A stretch of 64,000 bases of DNA from Octopus sinensis (taxonomy: Eukaryota). The notes beneath the pieces are model-generated. The model searched no databases, was not told where the DNA came from, and saw only the letters and a list, made by a program, of their open reading frames with translations. Positions 1 through 11,896 of the stretch are shown in pieces. Made by a program: the position numbers and the translations under genes. Position 1 is the first letter of the stretch; each line of letters begins with the position of its first letter. The stretch is taken from positions 50,778,001 to 50,842,000 of the forward strand of contig NC_043008.1 of the NCBI RefSeq assembly GCF_006345805.1, given 5' to 3'.

Positions 1-210
1 GACACATACACATGATTACACATACTCATGGTACAGGTGGTCCCTTTTGTGCAGGTATAAAAACAAGTTTGGTCCAAATATATACAAGTTACAGAGTCCT
101 TATACTACAATATTGGCTTTGTTAGATTTGCGATAGAACAGGGGTGCGTGAGAAGTGGAGTCATTCATGCCTCTTCAGAAGATATTAGCTGTTTGTTTTA
201 ATGGAGTGAA

Positions 211-378
211 TCAGTAACAACGGAGAATGAAAGCTGAGTTGCGAACTAACTCGCCTGGAGTTTGTCTCAAGATACTCTGCTGCTTGCCTCGAGTTACTAC
301 CTTGTTGTTGTTACTCCTTTTGTGTTCATCTAGTGTACTCCTGGTTTTGTTCATTATAAACACGACTGTGTTGGTCGG
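211..378 (-). other. Possible additional short terminal exon of the minus-strand gene
   Basis: On the - strand a T-rich tract ends in CTCTAG just before 378 (acceptor-like). All three frames stop within 55 codons (phase 1: DQHSRVYNEQNQEYTR*; phase 0: PTNTVVF...ILRCY*, stop at 211-213), and ATTAAA follows at ~197-202. No strong matching donor in the 742-1986 exon (only GTACGA/GTAACA near 790-800). Confidence 0.25.
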
Positions 379-450
379 CTAGAGATGTTAAACCAAAAGT
401 AAAAACAAAAAATATATAAAAAATAGTATCGACAAAAAAAATAATTGTTT

Positions 451-645
451 TAAAATTTGGTACAAGGCCAGTAGTTTTCTTTAGGAGCAGGGGTTAATCA
501 ATGATATCGACCCCAGTACTTGACTGGTACTTTATTTTATCAACCCCGAAAGGATGAAAGGCAAAGTTGACCTCGGCGATATTTGAGCTCAAACCGTAAA
601 ATGCCGGGAGAAATGCTGGTAACGATTCTGCCAGCTCGCCGCCTT
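451..645 (-). mobile_element. tRNA-derived SINE, family A (GGCGAGCTGGCAG head; GAGGTCGACTTTGCCTTTCATCCTTTCGGGGTCGAT core)
   Basis: Reverse complement of the consensus seen in more than 15 full or partial copies in the window. Approximate ends. Confidence 0.8.
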
Positions 646-741
646 AAAGAATAATAAAAATAAAAATAAAAAATAATATAAAAAAATAAAATAAAGATTG
701 GGTAGAGATTGAAACCAAAACCGTAACTTTGTAAATGCTTC

Positions 742-1986
742 TCAAAAAACTTTCTCAAATGATAACTGTAAGTTTTTAGAATTTTTCGTACTGTTACTAG
801 TCGTAGGAGAGGTAGTGGTAGCAGAAGCAGCGTCGGTGGTAGTCGTTGATGTTGCGGCTGTAGTTAGACTTGCTGTATTTGTACTTACAATATCAGATGC
901 TGTGGTTGTTACGGTACTGTTAGTATCACTGGTATCAGCATCAATAGTTTTGTTAGCAGTAGCCGTAGTTGATGGAGCACTAGCAGTTATTATTGTTGAG
1001 CTTGTAGTATTAGCATTAGTAGTATTAGTAGTATTAATTGCAGTAGCAGATTTGTTTCCGGTCGTGTCAGTAGTGGTAGCATTATCAGTAGTATTCGAAG
1101 AATTACTTTTGGTAATTGTCTCGGTGCTATTTATGGTACTTTTATTCTTGCTAGAACCATCCAAGAAAACGGCAGTTGTTACCCCACTCTGGAACACTTC
1201 AGTCTTCTCGCTATTTCCAGCACTTTTAGAAACGTTCTTATTAATATCATCGATAGATTTTTTCTGGTTTTTTCTTGCTTTTGTGCCATTGTTTAGAAGG
1301 TTTTCATCTGGTAATCTATTTGTTTCTTCGGTCAAGTTTTGTGACGTGGAATTCGAAACCATCGCAATATTCTTTCCTTTCTTTTGTTTCACATTTTTAT
1401 TCGGTTTCGATATTTTTGTTTTAATTCTGGCTTCATTCTTTTTCTTCCCCGGGAAAGATTCTGTCTCTTCTTCCGTTTCATTCAACCCTGCTAGTTCATC
1501 CATATCTAAATCTAACGTTTGATTCATCCATTCAATGTTTTCTGCTGAAGAGTTCGTCAAAGTATAGTTCGAGTTCGTTTCGTTCGACACATATTGCAAC
1601 TTATTTGCTGCGGACTTGTTTCGCCTTCGTTCACCTTCGGCTTTTTTCGTCGCTGATGGTATTTTCTTCCTCCTTGTCGTTTGTTTTACTTTTTCTGCCG
1701 TAGAATTGGTTGGTTCGCGTCGTTCGGCGGCAGAAGTTGACTTTCTGTTCCCAGAGAGACTTGGTACACAAGTTCGGTGGTCCAGAGTTGGTGTGGTCCC
1801 ATTGGGACAAGGTATGCACTCTCTTTCACTGGGCATGTAATGGTCTGGAGGACAGGGCACGCAAACAAAACAACAGTCTTCTTCACTGTGTGACACCTGT
1901 ACGTGATTAGGTTCGCAAGGTAAACTACAAAACGAAGCTGGAAAAATAGGCTCGATATCGCGAAATTTTATTGCTCTGAGTGTTTC
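742..1986 (-). CDS. Exon of a class C GPCR/mGluR-like ectodomain protein: 9-cysteine CRD plus ~340-aa S/T/N-rich tail, then stop; no transmembrane segment
   Basis: Acceptor TTTTTGCAG|GAAACA (exon starts 1986, phase 0). 414-aa open frame. PASFCSLPC..DCCFVCVPC..Y..ECIPCPNG..P....TC (1929-1768) has the nine Cys and spacing of the class C CRD. About 24 N-X-S/T sequons by hand count. TGA at 744-742. Confidence 0.85.
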   Translation of the reverse strand, partial: ETLRAIKFRDIEPIFPASFCSLPCEPNHVQVSHSEEDCCFVCVPCPPDHYMPSERECIPCPNGTTPTLDHRTCVPSLSGNRKSTSAAERREPTNSTAEKVKQTTRRKKIPSATKKAEGERRRNKSAANKLQYVSNETNSNYTLTNSSAENIEWMNQTLDLDMDELAGLNETEEETESFPGKKKNEARIKTKISKPNKNVKQKKGKNIAMVSNSTSQNLTEETNRLPDENLLNNGTKARKNQKKSIDDINKNVSKSAGNSEKTEVFQSGVTTAVFLDGSSKNKSTINSTETITKSNSSNTTDNATTTDTTGNKSATAINTTNTTNANTTSSTIITASAPSTTATANKTIDADTSDTNSTVTTTASDIVSTNTASLTTAATSTTTTDAASATTTSPTTSNSTKNSKNLQLSFEKVF

Positions 1987-2259
1987 CTGCAAAAAATACC
2001 AAAAATAAAACAATTATTCAAAAACAGAAAAAAGTAAAAATAGAAAAAAAAAAACGAAGAAAAAAAAGAGAATGAAAATGTATGGCTGTGTGGTTAAGAA
2101 GTTCGGTTTTTTACCACATAATTTCAGGTTCAGTCCTACTAGTACGTTGGGCAAGTGTCATTCGGCTGTATGACATACATCCGGATGACGAGCAACACGT
2201 TCTAAGAAAGATACACTCAACATCTGATGTCATTCAGGGACAAAAATAAAAGGCATGGG

Positions 2260-2640
2260 GAAACTTTTCGGTGAAAATTTTGTAAAAATTTTTGGGTAAA
2301 ATTTTCGAAAAAGTTTTGGCTAAAATTTTCCGTGAAAATTTTGGAAAAATTTTTGGAGAAAATTTTTGGTGAAAATTTTCGGAAAATCTTTGGGTAAAAT
2401 TTTCGAAAAAGTTTTGGGAAAAATTTTCGAAAAATTTTCGGGAAAATTTTGGGGAAAATTTTCGAAAAATTTCTGTGTAAAATTTTCGGTGAAAATTTTG
2501 CAAAAATTTTTGGGGAAAACCTTCGGTGAAAATTTTCGAAAAATTTTTGGGGAAAATTTTCGGTGAAAATTTTGTAAAAATGTTTGGGTAAAATTTTCGG
2601 TGAAAATTTCCGAAAAAGTTTTGGGGAAAATTTTCGAAAA
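2260..2640. repeat. Degenerate AT-rich minisatellite (GAAAATTTTC / TTTCGAAA modules)
   Basis: Reiterated GGTGAAAATTTT, TTTTCGAAAAA and TTTTGGG units. Source of the spurious KIF/ENF ORFs. Confidence 0.8.
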
Positions 2641-2644
2641 ATCA

Positions 2645-2762
2645 CAAGGCCAGCAGTGCCAAAATCACAAGGTATGGAAAGCCAGCGGTGCCAAAATCAC
2701 AAAGTATGGATAGCGAGCGGTGCCAAAATCAAAAAGTATGGCTTTCCATACTTTGTGATTTC
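2645..2762. repeat. About three copies of a ~32-bp tandem unit followed by an inverted partial copy
   Basis: GCCAGC(A/G)GTGCCAAAATCACAA(G/A)GTATGGA(A/T)A repeated, then TTTCCATACTTTGTGATTT, its reverse complement. Confidence 0.75.
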
Positions 2763-2764
2763 GT

Positions 2765-3000
2765 GAGGAAATCAGCTTCCCAGCGGGTGTTAATATTATG
2801 CTAAACATCAGTGAAAAAGAGAACACCTACGCTGAACTATTAAGAAATCTGCAATTACTCTATACAGATTACAAGATCAGCCTTATACCTGGAATTAATG
2901 GGGCCCTGGGATATGTAACACACTGCATAAATACCAATCTTGGGAAATGAGGCTTTTCAATACCAGAAAGGAGAAAGCTGTAAAAATCTGTAAAAATTTC
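2765..3000 (+). mobile_element. Decayed C-terminal restriction-like endonuclease fragment of a non-LTR retrotransposon
   Basis: Translates EISFPAGVNI..ISEKENTYAELLRNLQLLY..YKISLIPGINGALGYV, matching the D/E-x-x-x-P...E-K-x-x-x-Y-x-x-L...P-x-x-x-GALG pattern; in-frame stop follows. Confidence 0.65.
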
Positions 3001-3034
3001 CAGAAGTTTATTATTTAAGTATATATGAAGGTGG

Positions 3035-3425
3035 TGAGATGGCAGAAACGTTAGCATGCCAGGCGAAATGCTTAGAGGTATTTCGTTTGCCGCTACGTTC
3101 TGAGTTCAAATTCCACCGAGGTCGACTTTGCCTTTCATTCTTTCGGGGTCGATTAAATAAGTACCAGTTGCGCACTGGGTCGATGTAATCGACTTAATCC
3201 GTTTGCCTGTCCTTGTTTTTCCCCTCTATGTTTAGCCCCCTGTGGGCAATAAAGAAATAGGTATTTCGTCTACCGCCACGTTCTGAGTTCAAATTCTGCC
3301 GAGGTCGACTTTGCTTTTCATCCATTCGGGGTCGATAAGTTAAGTACCAGTTGAACACTGGGGTCGATGTAATCGACTATGCTCCTCCCACCAAATTTCA
3401 TGCCTTGTAGCTATAGTAGAAAGGA
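3035..3425 (+). mobile_element. SINE family A, full copy plus tandem partial copy
   Basis: Head, core and tail match the 60816 and 63285 copies; the core is repeated from ~3260. Confidence 0.8.
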
Positions 3426-3580
3426 TTATCTAAGTATATATGAACAGGTCTAGACATCAGCTATATACACGAAAAGACATACATAAAAGAAAACATACAA
3501 ATCTGCAAAATACATACTTACGCACGTATACACATACACATACATATACACACACACACATACATACATACATACATACA

Positions 3581-3612
<32 letters not shown>

Positions 3613-3748
3613 CACACATACATACATGCATACATACAATTCCACCTAGGGATCTCTACATAGGGCTTGTTACTACAGAAGACAAACGACCTTATTGCCC
3701 GAATGAGGCGTTGAATATATTTAGTTTTTGTATCTAATTATCTGTCTG

Positions 3749-3887
<139 letters not shown>

Positions 3888-3896
3888 GTCTGTCTG

Positions 3897-3948
<52 letters not shown>

Positions 3949-4942
3949 CTTGCGTATATCTATATGTGTAGTAGACACATTGTCCAGAGTTTTGCATCTG
4001 CTACTGATATGCTTCTGTGATTATTAGCTCTATACATCTTTAACAGATGCTTTCTCGACACGAATACCTCAGTTTTGTGACTTTGCAATGTATATCCATT
4101 TTAAGAAAGATGTAAAGATTGCTTTTCTTTTAAACTATATATTATTAGAAATACGTTTCAAAAACTAGATATCATTCTCCCATTCTTTTAAACACTAATC
4201 TTTTTCAAGGATGCAAATGCAAGCAATTCCTATATCATATAACTCCAACTGAAATTTGGTATGGCACGATAACAGTCTATACATAGTTCCAAAGCTTCAA
4301 ATAGAAAACTGAAATATCATATGAGAAATATAAGAATTTTCTGATTGTAACACTTTTCACAAAATATCGCAGACAGAATATGAAACTATAGCGACATCAG
4401 TTCTCGTAGAGCACTAAGAATTTCAAAGACGTTTTGCGTGCATGTCATTCAATATGTTTTATAGAAAGGAGGTGAGCTGACATAGCACGCTGGCAAAAAT
4501 TCTTAACATTTCATTCGTTCTGAGTTCAAATTCTACTGAGGTCAACTTTTCATTTCATCCTTTTGGGATTGATAAAAATAGGTACCAGTTGAGCGCTGGG
4601 ATCGATATAATCGACTAACCCTCTCACCTGAAATTTCTGGCCTTGTGTTAACATTAGAAACCAAAATATTACGATACATGGAAGGGGGGCGAGCTGGCAG
4701 GATTCTTTGCGCACTGGATAAGATTTCTTCTTATTTTATGTTCCGAGTTGAAATTTGTCGAGGTCGACTTTGCCTTTCATCCTTTCATGAGTAGACAAAG
4801 TAAGAAACAGCCAAGTACTGGGATCGATGTAGTCGACTAATCCTCTATTACTTACCCAAATTTCAAGCCTTGTATCTATCGTAGAAAGAATATATTATGA
4901 TTAAGGCTATGTACCGTGTCAATCCCCATCGAGCATACGAAT

Positions 4943-4981
<39 letters not shown>

Positions 4982-5380
4982 GATCACTTACAAGGCAGAC
5001 CCCACTTAAATTGATGTAATGATTGCATTCTTCAGTCAAATGGAGTTGCATGAAACGATCGTACTGCATTACCTCTGGATATCCTTGTTGCTTATTTTGG
5101 TTTTAGTCACCTTACTTTGAAATTGTATGGATAATACCGTACAAAATTTTGGTGCCTCAACTTAAGTACCATATTCATCTGAATCTAAATTTTTGCTTAA
5201 CTCATCTACCATACCCAAAGTATATATATATATATATTAGATATATATATATATATATATCCCCGCATCTACCCCACCCATACCAGCCTCTCTTTCACCT
5301 TCAGGTCTTCGCCGATTGTAATCTGAGCCCTCTACCTCCCACATTTCCTTGACCACACCTCCCACCTTCAAACGTGTCCA

Positions 5381-5480
5381 NNNNNNNNNNNNNNNNNNNN
5401 NNNNNNNNNNNNNNNNNNNNNNNNNNNNNNNNNNNNNNNNNNNNNNNNNNNNNNNNNNNNNNNNNNNNNNNNNNNNNNNN
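5381..5480. other. Assembly gap (100 N, probably of unknown true size)
   Basis: Exactly 100 N. Confidence 0.99.
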
Positions 5481-5613
5481 AATAAGTACTAGGCTTACAA
5501 AGACTAAGTCCTGGGTTTGTTTTGATCGACTAAAGGCGGTGGTCCAGCATGGCTGCAATCAAATGACTGAAAGAAGTAAAAGAATACACACACAACACAC
5601 ACACACACACACC

Positions 5614-5658
<45 letters not shown>

Positions 5659-5945
5659 CATTATATAAAAGGCTTAGTAAAATAAATTACTTTGCCGCAT
5701 ACTGAACTCATTAAGGATAGCAGCTAAAAAACTTTTTTAAAACTATTTCTAATACTTAAGAAAACCTCTCTCATATAGTGTTTGCTCAATTCAACTCACG
5801 AAAGTATGGGGTTAAGACATTAAAAAATCAATGCAAGGTTATTTGAGAACGTACGTTTCAAGATTAGTCAACTCGACACTTCTATCATCATCTCAGAACT
5901 CCTTGGTTTGGATTTGAAAACACTGAAAACACTGGCGTAAAAGGA

Positions 5946-5980
<35 letters not shown>

Positions 5981-6534
5981 ATATATAATATATATATATA
6001 TAATATATATATTATATATATATATATATATAATATATATATATATACACACAGACACACACACATCCGCGCATGCACACACGACAGTGTGTTTCAGCAC
6101 GTGTTGGTTCCTTCTCGTTATTTACCAGTGTGTGTATATAATAAGCTTTGGTAGAGATTTTTCTTGTTGTTTTCATCAGTTTAAATATTTCTTCAATTTT
6201 TTTTTTTTTTTCTTTTTAGAATATTCATTTCGTTGATTTTATTCCCGTTTTTGGTTATTGTCGTTGCTGCTGCCACTGCCGTTGCTGTTATCGCTGCCTG
6301 TTGTTACCACCGATGATGCAGCTGCAGCTGTTGCTCTTATTGTTGTTGTTGTTGTTTTTGTTGATATTGTGTCACTTCTTCGTTTGGTGTGTTTTCTATT
6401 TTGTATTTGCTGCTCGTGTGTATGTAAATATATGTGTGTATGTGTAACTCTGTGTGTGTGTGTGAGGGGATGTGTGTATGTGTGTGCGGGCGCATTTGTT
6501 TATGTGTATGTATGTGTATATGTGCATCTCTATG

Positions 6535-6575
<41 letters not shown>

Positions 6576-7271
6576 TACTTTAGGCACAAGGCCTGAAAGT
6601 TTTGGGGAGGGGTCCAGTCGATAAGATCGACCCCAGTACGCAACTGGTACGTAATTTATCGACCCCAAAAATCAATGGCAAAGTCACACTCATTCATTAT
6701 ATATATATATAAACATGTGTGTGTATATGTATATATATATACTAATACATTATATATATATATTATATATATATATATATATTATTATTATTATTATATA
6801 TATTATATTATTATATATATATATATATATTATATATATATATATATGATAAATAAAATATATGCACATACATATATGTACGTACCTACATCTACATGTA
6901 TATATACATGCATATATAAATATATATACGTGAGTAGTGAGTACAGGACACCACAAATAGACATAGAACTCAACGAGAAACGAAAACGTAAAAACAAAGG
7001 CGCAGGTGTTTGTATGTAAGCTTGCTTCCCAACAACATGGTTCTGAGTTCAGTCCCACTGCGTGGCACCTTGGGCGAGTGTCTTCTAACATGGCCTCGGG
7101 CCGAACCGACCAAAGCCTTGTGAGTGGATTTTGTAGACGGAAACTGAAAGAAGCCTGTCACGTGTGTGTGCTTGTTCTGCACCACCTCTTGAAAACAGGT
7201 GTTGGTGTGTTTACGTCCCCGTAATTTAACGGCTCGGCTCTGCAAAAGAAAAAAGAGTCTATAAATATACT

Positions 7272-7523
7272 CAGTAATCCGTCGACTATCGCGGTGGTTA
7301 CGTTCCCAAACCCCTACCCCACCCCGCGATAGGTGAAAATCCGCGAAGTAGCAACTGTACTGTATATTTCTTTATTATTTGTATAATTTATATGTATTTG
7401 TTTTATTAGAAATTCAAAAGAACACCACGAAGAAATCGATGTAAGCTTAAATAATAGACCGCGATAGGTGAACCGCGATAGATGAACCGCGATAGATGAA
7501 CCGCGATACGGCGAGGGATTACT
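7272..7523. mobile_element. pogo/Tigger-like MITE
   Basis: Imperfect ~22-bp terminal inverted repeats AGTAATCCGTCGACTATCGCGG / CCGCGATACGGCGAGGGATTACT; internal CCGCGATAG repeats; no ORF. Confidence 0.7.
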
Positions 7524-7541
7524 CCATATATTTTATTTAAT

Positions 7542-7575
<34 letters not shown>

Positions 7576-7576
7576 C

Positions 7577-7661
<85 letters not shown>

Positions 7662-7880
7662 GTATTGTATGTATACATATATATATATACATACGCATAT
7701 ATAATGTGTATATGCGTGTAAATTTATAAGCATGGGCATATGTTTATGTGTGTATTTATCCGTTGCCGAACAGTCGACGAGTGTGGTTTTTGAGTGTACG
7801 TATCAAATTACTAGTTTATATGTGTGGTGAATCATGGTACAGGCAGTGCCTGCTTGTCTGTATTTGTGTGTAACACCGTG

Positions 7881-7935
<55 letters not shown>

Positions 7936-7949
7936 GCGTGTATGTGTTG

Positions 7950-7988
<39 letters not shown>

Positions 7989-8674
7989 GTATGTATGCAT
8001 GTATGTATGTATGTATATATATATATATATATAATCGTATACATATATACATATATGTATACTTATGATTTATGAATATATACATACATATATATATATG
8101 TACAAACGTTCACATATAGACAGCTCCTTATACATATATACCCAGTTCAAATACACACAGATTTATATACGTATATGTGTGTGTGTGCATGTATGTATGT
8201 ATATATACATACACTCGTACTTACGTATGTATATATATATATATATATATGTATATGTATATACACGCACATACACACACGCACATACAGGTTTGTCGTT
8301 GTCACTCTTTCTGCTCCTCCTCCTCCTCCTCCTCACCCTCCCTACTCGCACCGGCTTTAAGTGGTGGGAGGTGAGGAGAGAGGGAGAGGGTGACAACGAC
8401 AAACCCCGGGACCCTAACGAATGATATTGAAGCATAAGAAATATACAAAGGGATGAATGTGTGTCTGCTAACGCATGTGCACGTGTGTATGAGTGTGTGT
8501 GAGTGAGTGTGAGAGACGGACAGACAGGCAGACAGAATGAGAGAGTGACAGAGAGGGAGAAAAAGAGAGAGAGAGAGAGAACCTGTACATACATGTATAC
8601 ATACATGTATGTACCTACATATGTATGTATATTTGTGTGTGCGTAATATATATATATATATATATAATATATAT

Positions 8675-8730
<56 letters not shown>

Positions 8731-9136
8731 TTATATATTATATATATATACACTTATATATTATATATCTATATATATATACCATATGTATAAATACACT
8801 TATATATAATATATATATATACAAATACATGCAATCACGTATATATATGTATGTATATATTCACACTTACATACATACATACACACACATGCATACATAC
8901 ATACACATCCATACATACATACACACATACATACATACATACACACATACATACATACATACATACATACATACAGACAGACAGACAGACACACATACAT
9001 ACATACATACATACACACATATACACACACATGCATACATACACACATACATACATACATACACAAATACATACACACATACATACATACACAAATACAT
9101 ACACACATATACACATACATACATACACACACACAC

Positions 9137-9173
<37 letters not shown>

Positions 9174-10005
9174 ATACATACATTTGTGATCGGGGTGAGA
9201 AGAGAAAATATCAAAGACAAAAAATTAATAAAATAGACGAACAGAACCAAATAAAAAACAAATAAATATATGAATGAATAAAATAACAAAATAACTAAAT
9301 AAACAAATAAAATAAGATTAAAAAAAAAAAAATAAAATAAAATGCATAAATAATGTTCGTTTAGCGGGGGGTGGGGGGTAGGGGGAGAAATAAGGAGAGC
9401 AAGCGAAACAGAAAATATATACTCGTCAGCTTATATAGCCCGGTTTGCTTAATATTTTGGTATAAAGTCAAACTCAAACCTGCCGCCCGATGTCTTTACA
9501 CGCTGTCTGACGGATATCTCTCGTTGTTTTTGCAAGACAGTAAGTCTCCTGCCCTTATTTTAAATGTTATATGAAAATAATTTCGCTTATAATTCTTAGA
9601 TTTCAGTACATTTTTTTCTTTGTATTTTCCGAGATTTAAAAAAAAAAATTTATTAGCTGTTTTCTTTATAACTAATTCGTGCTTTCAACTAAAGTTTTAG
9701 TTTATTAGTTAATTGCTATATTTTAATCGAATATTTTCGACTTTTTTTTGTTGTAATTCTTTTTGATTTTGTGTTGTTTCGTTTAGTTTGTTTTCGCCTA
9801 TTGTTTTTTGTTTGTTTGTTTGTTTGTGTTTGTCTTAGGGTTGTTTTTTTTTTAATATATATTCCCCCCCCCCTAAATCTCGATTCGATTCTTTCCCAAT
9901 TCGTATTCATGGATACGTCCGTTTTGCACAGACCCACGCACCTGAATGCACATCCACCTACACACGCATATGCATACATGCTTGAAGATCGATCGATAGA
10001 GGGAA

Positions 10006-10068
<63 letters not shown>

Positions 10069-10209
10069 GTGACAGAGACAAACAGACTGGCAGGCAGGCA
10101 GACAGAAATGGACATATAGATAGACAAACAGATAGTTGATAGATAGGGAGAGAGGGGGAAGAGAAAGACAAACAGATAAATAGACAGACAGACAGATAGA
10201 CAGACAGAC

Positions 10210-10324
<115 letters not shown>

Positions 10325-10573
10325 CGGATAGACAGACAGACAGACAGACAAGCAGACAGATAGACAGATAGATAGGTATAGACACGTGTGTATGCATGTA
10401 CATAAGCTTGTGCTCATGCATATATGCATGTATGCACGTGTCCAAACGATCAGGTGGCAGCTGACACCTGAGCGTTTGACACGTGCTGACGTGCCTACAA
10501 AACTCGGAGTAATGACACCCCCCCAACCTCATTTATTCAACACCATATGCATATATATATGTGTGTGTGTGTG

Positions 10574-10606
<33 letters not shown>

Positions 10607-10626
10607 TGTGTGTGTGAGTGTACACG

Positions 10627-10688
<62 letters not shown>

Positions 10689-10785
10689 TTATAACCCCCC
10701 CACACACACACATACATACTGATACATATACAGAGAGAGACAGATTTATATATAAGCACGTGAATACACAGACACATACACACAT

Positions 10786-10825
<40 letters not shown>

Positions 10826-11790
10826 ACATGCACCTGCACACGCATATGTATACACTCTCTTCGGAGTGGGGAACGGCGAATCTCGAAGCAGATAAAGCTA
10901 TAAATAATTGCCCGTAAGTTTATTCTTTCCCTTGCTTCAAGAATTCGCCGTTCCAAAGTAAAAAAAAAAAAACAGAAAGAAAACAAAAAAAAAAACAAGA
11001 AAAAGGAATTTTTTCACGTTCTCGAAATTTCTGAAATCTTGTGACATCACCATTGCACACACACACACAATGTCTCTCTACATATCCATGTATTTAGTAT
11101 GAAGATTTGACAAAACAACATATTACAGTAACCAGCCATCGTACACACTTTTGTATTACGGTGATACGGTTGATACTTTGCACGTGTGTTTATCTGGGGG
11201 GTTTTTTTTCTTTTGTTTATTTTGTTTATATTCTTTGCGATAGACATTGTTGCTTGAAACAACCGTGGAGCGTAATAATTACACGAGCCTAAGTGGTCCT
11301 TCGACCTGTTAAAAATATCAGTCAAATCTCCCTCTATTCACACCTTTGTTGGTCTTAAAAGTGTAAAAACACAGCACAAAATTTGGTCAGATACATAGGT
11401 AGATAGTTAGAGGGAGGGGAGAAAGAGAGGGAGAAAGAGAGACAGACAAACAAACAGAAAGAAATCAGAAAGAAAGAAAGATAGATAGATAGACGGACAG
11501 AAGACAGACAGACAGACAGATAGGTAGGTAGATAGATAGATAACTTTTTATTGTGGCCACACGGAGCTAAACACAGAAAAAAATGGACGAAATACAATGT
11601 AGAGTTTTTTCTTTTCGTGGTGGGATGGGTGGGACACACAAAGAAAAAACGTTCGATCAATAGGGATTTGTGGGTTATGTGGTGTGTAAAAAAGCAATAT
11701 ATATAAAGTTCACATTTTAGGTGTAGCCTTGGAAAGAAACACCTACAAAAAAGACCAAGGTCACCTCAGACAGTTCGAAAATGAACACAT

Positions 11791-11896
<106 letters not shown>

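Noticed and set aside
815-1522. Very hydrophobic 235-aa + strand ORF that could be mistaken for the missing 7TM
   Set aside because: It is the antisense reading of the Thr/Ser/Asn-rich tail (those codons read as Val/Leu/Ala); no class C TM motifs; wrong strand.
4991-5090. Candidate - strand exon ending SGVCL|GTAAGT, phase-compatible with the CRD exon
   Set aside because: In-frame TAA about a dozen codons before the Met, no pyrimidine-rich acceptor, and no convincing match to the VFT C-terminal GxW motif.
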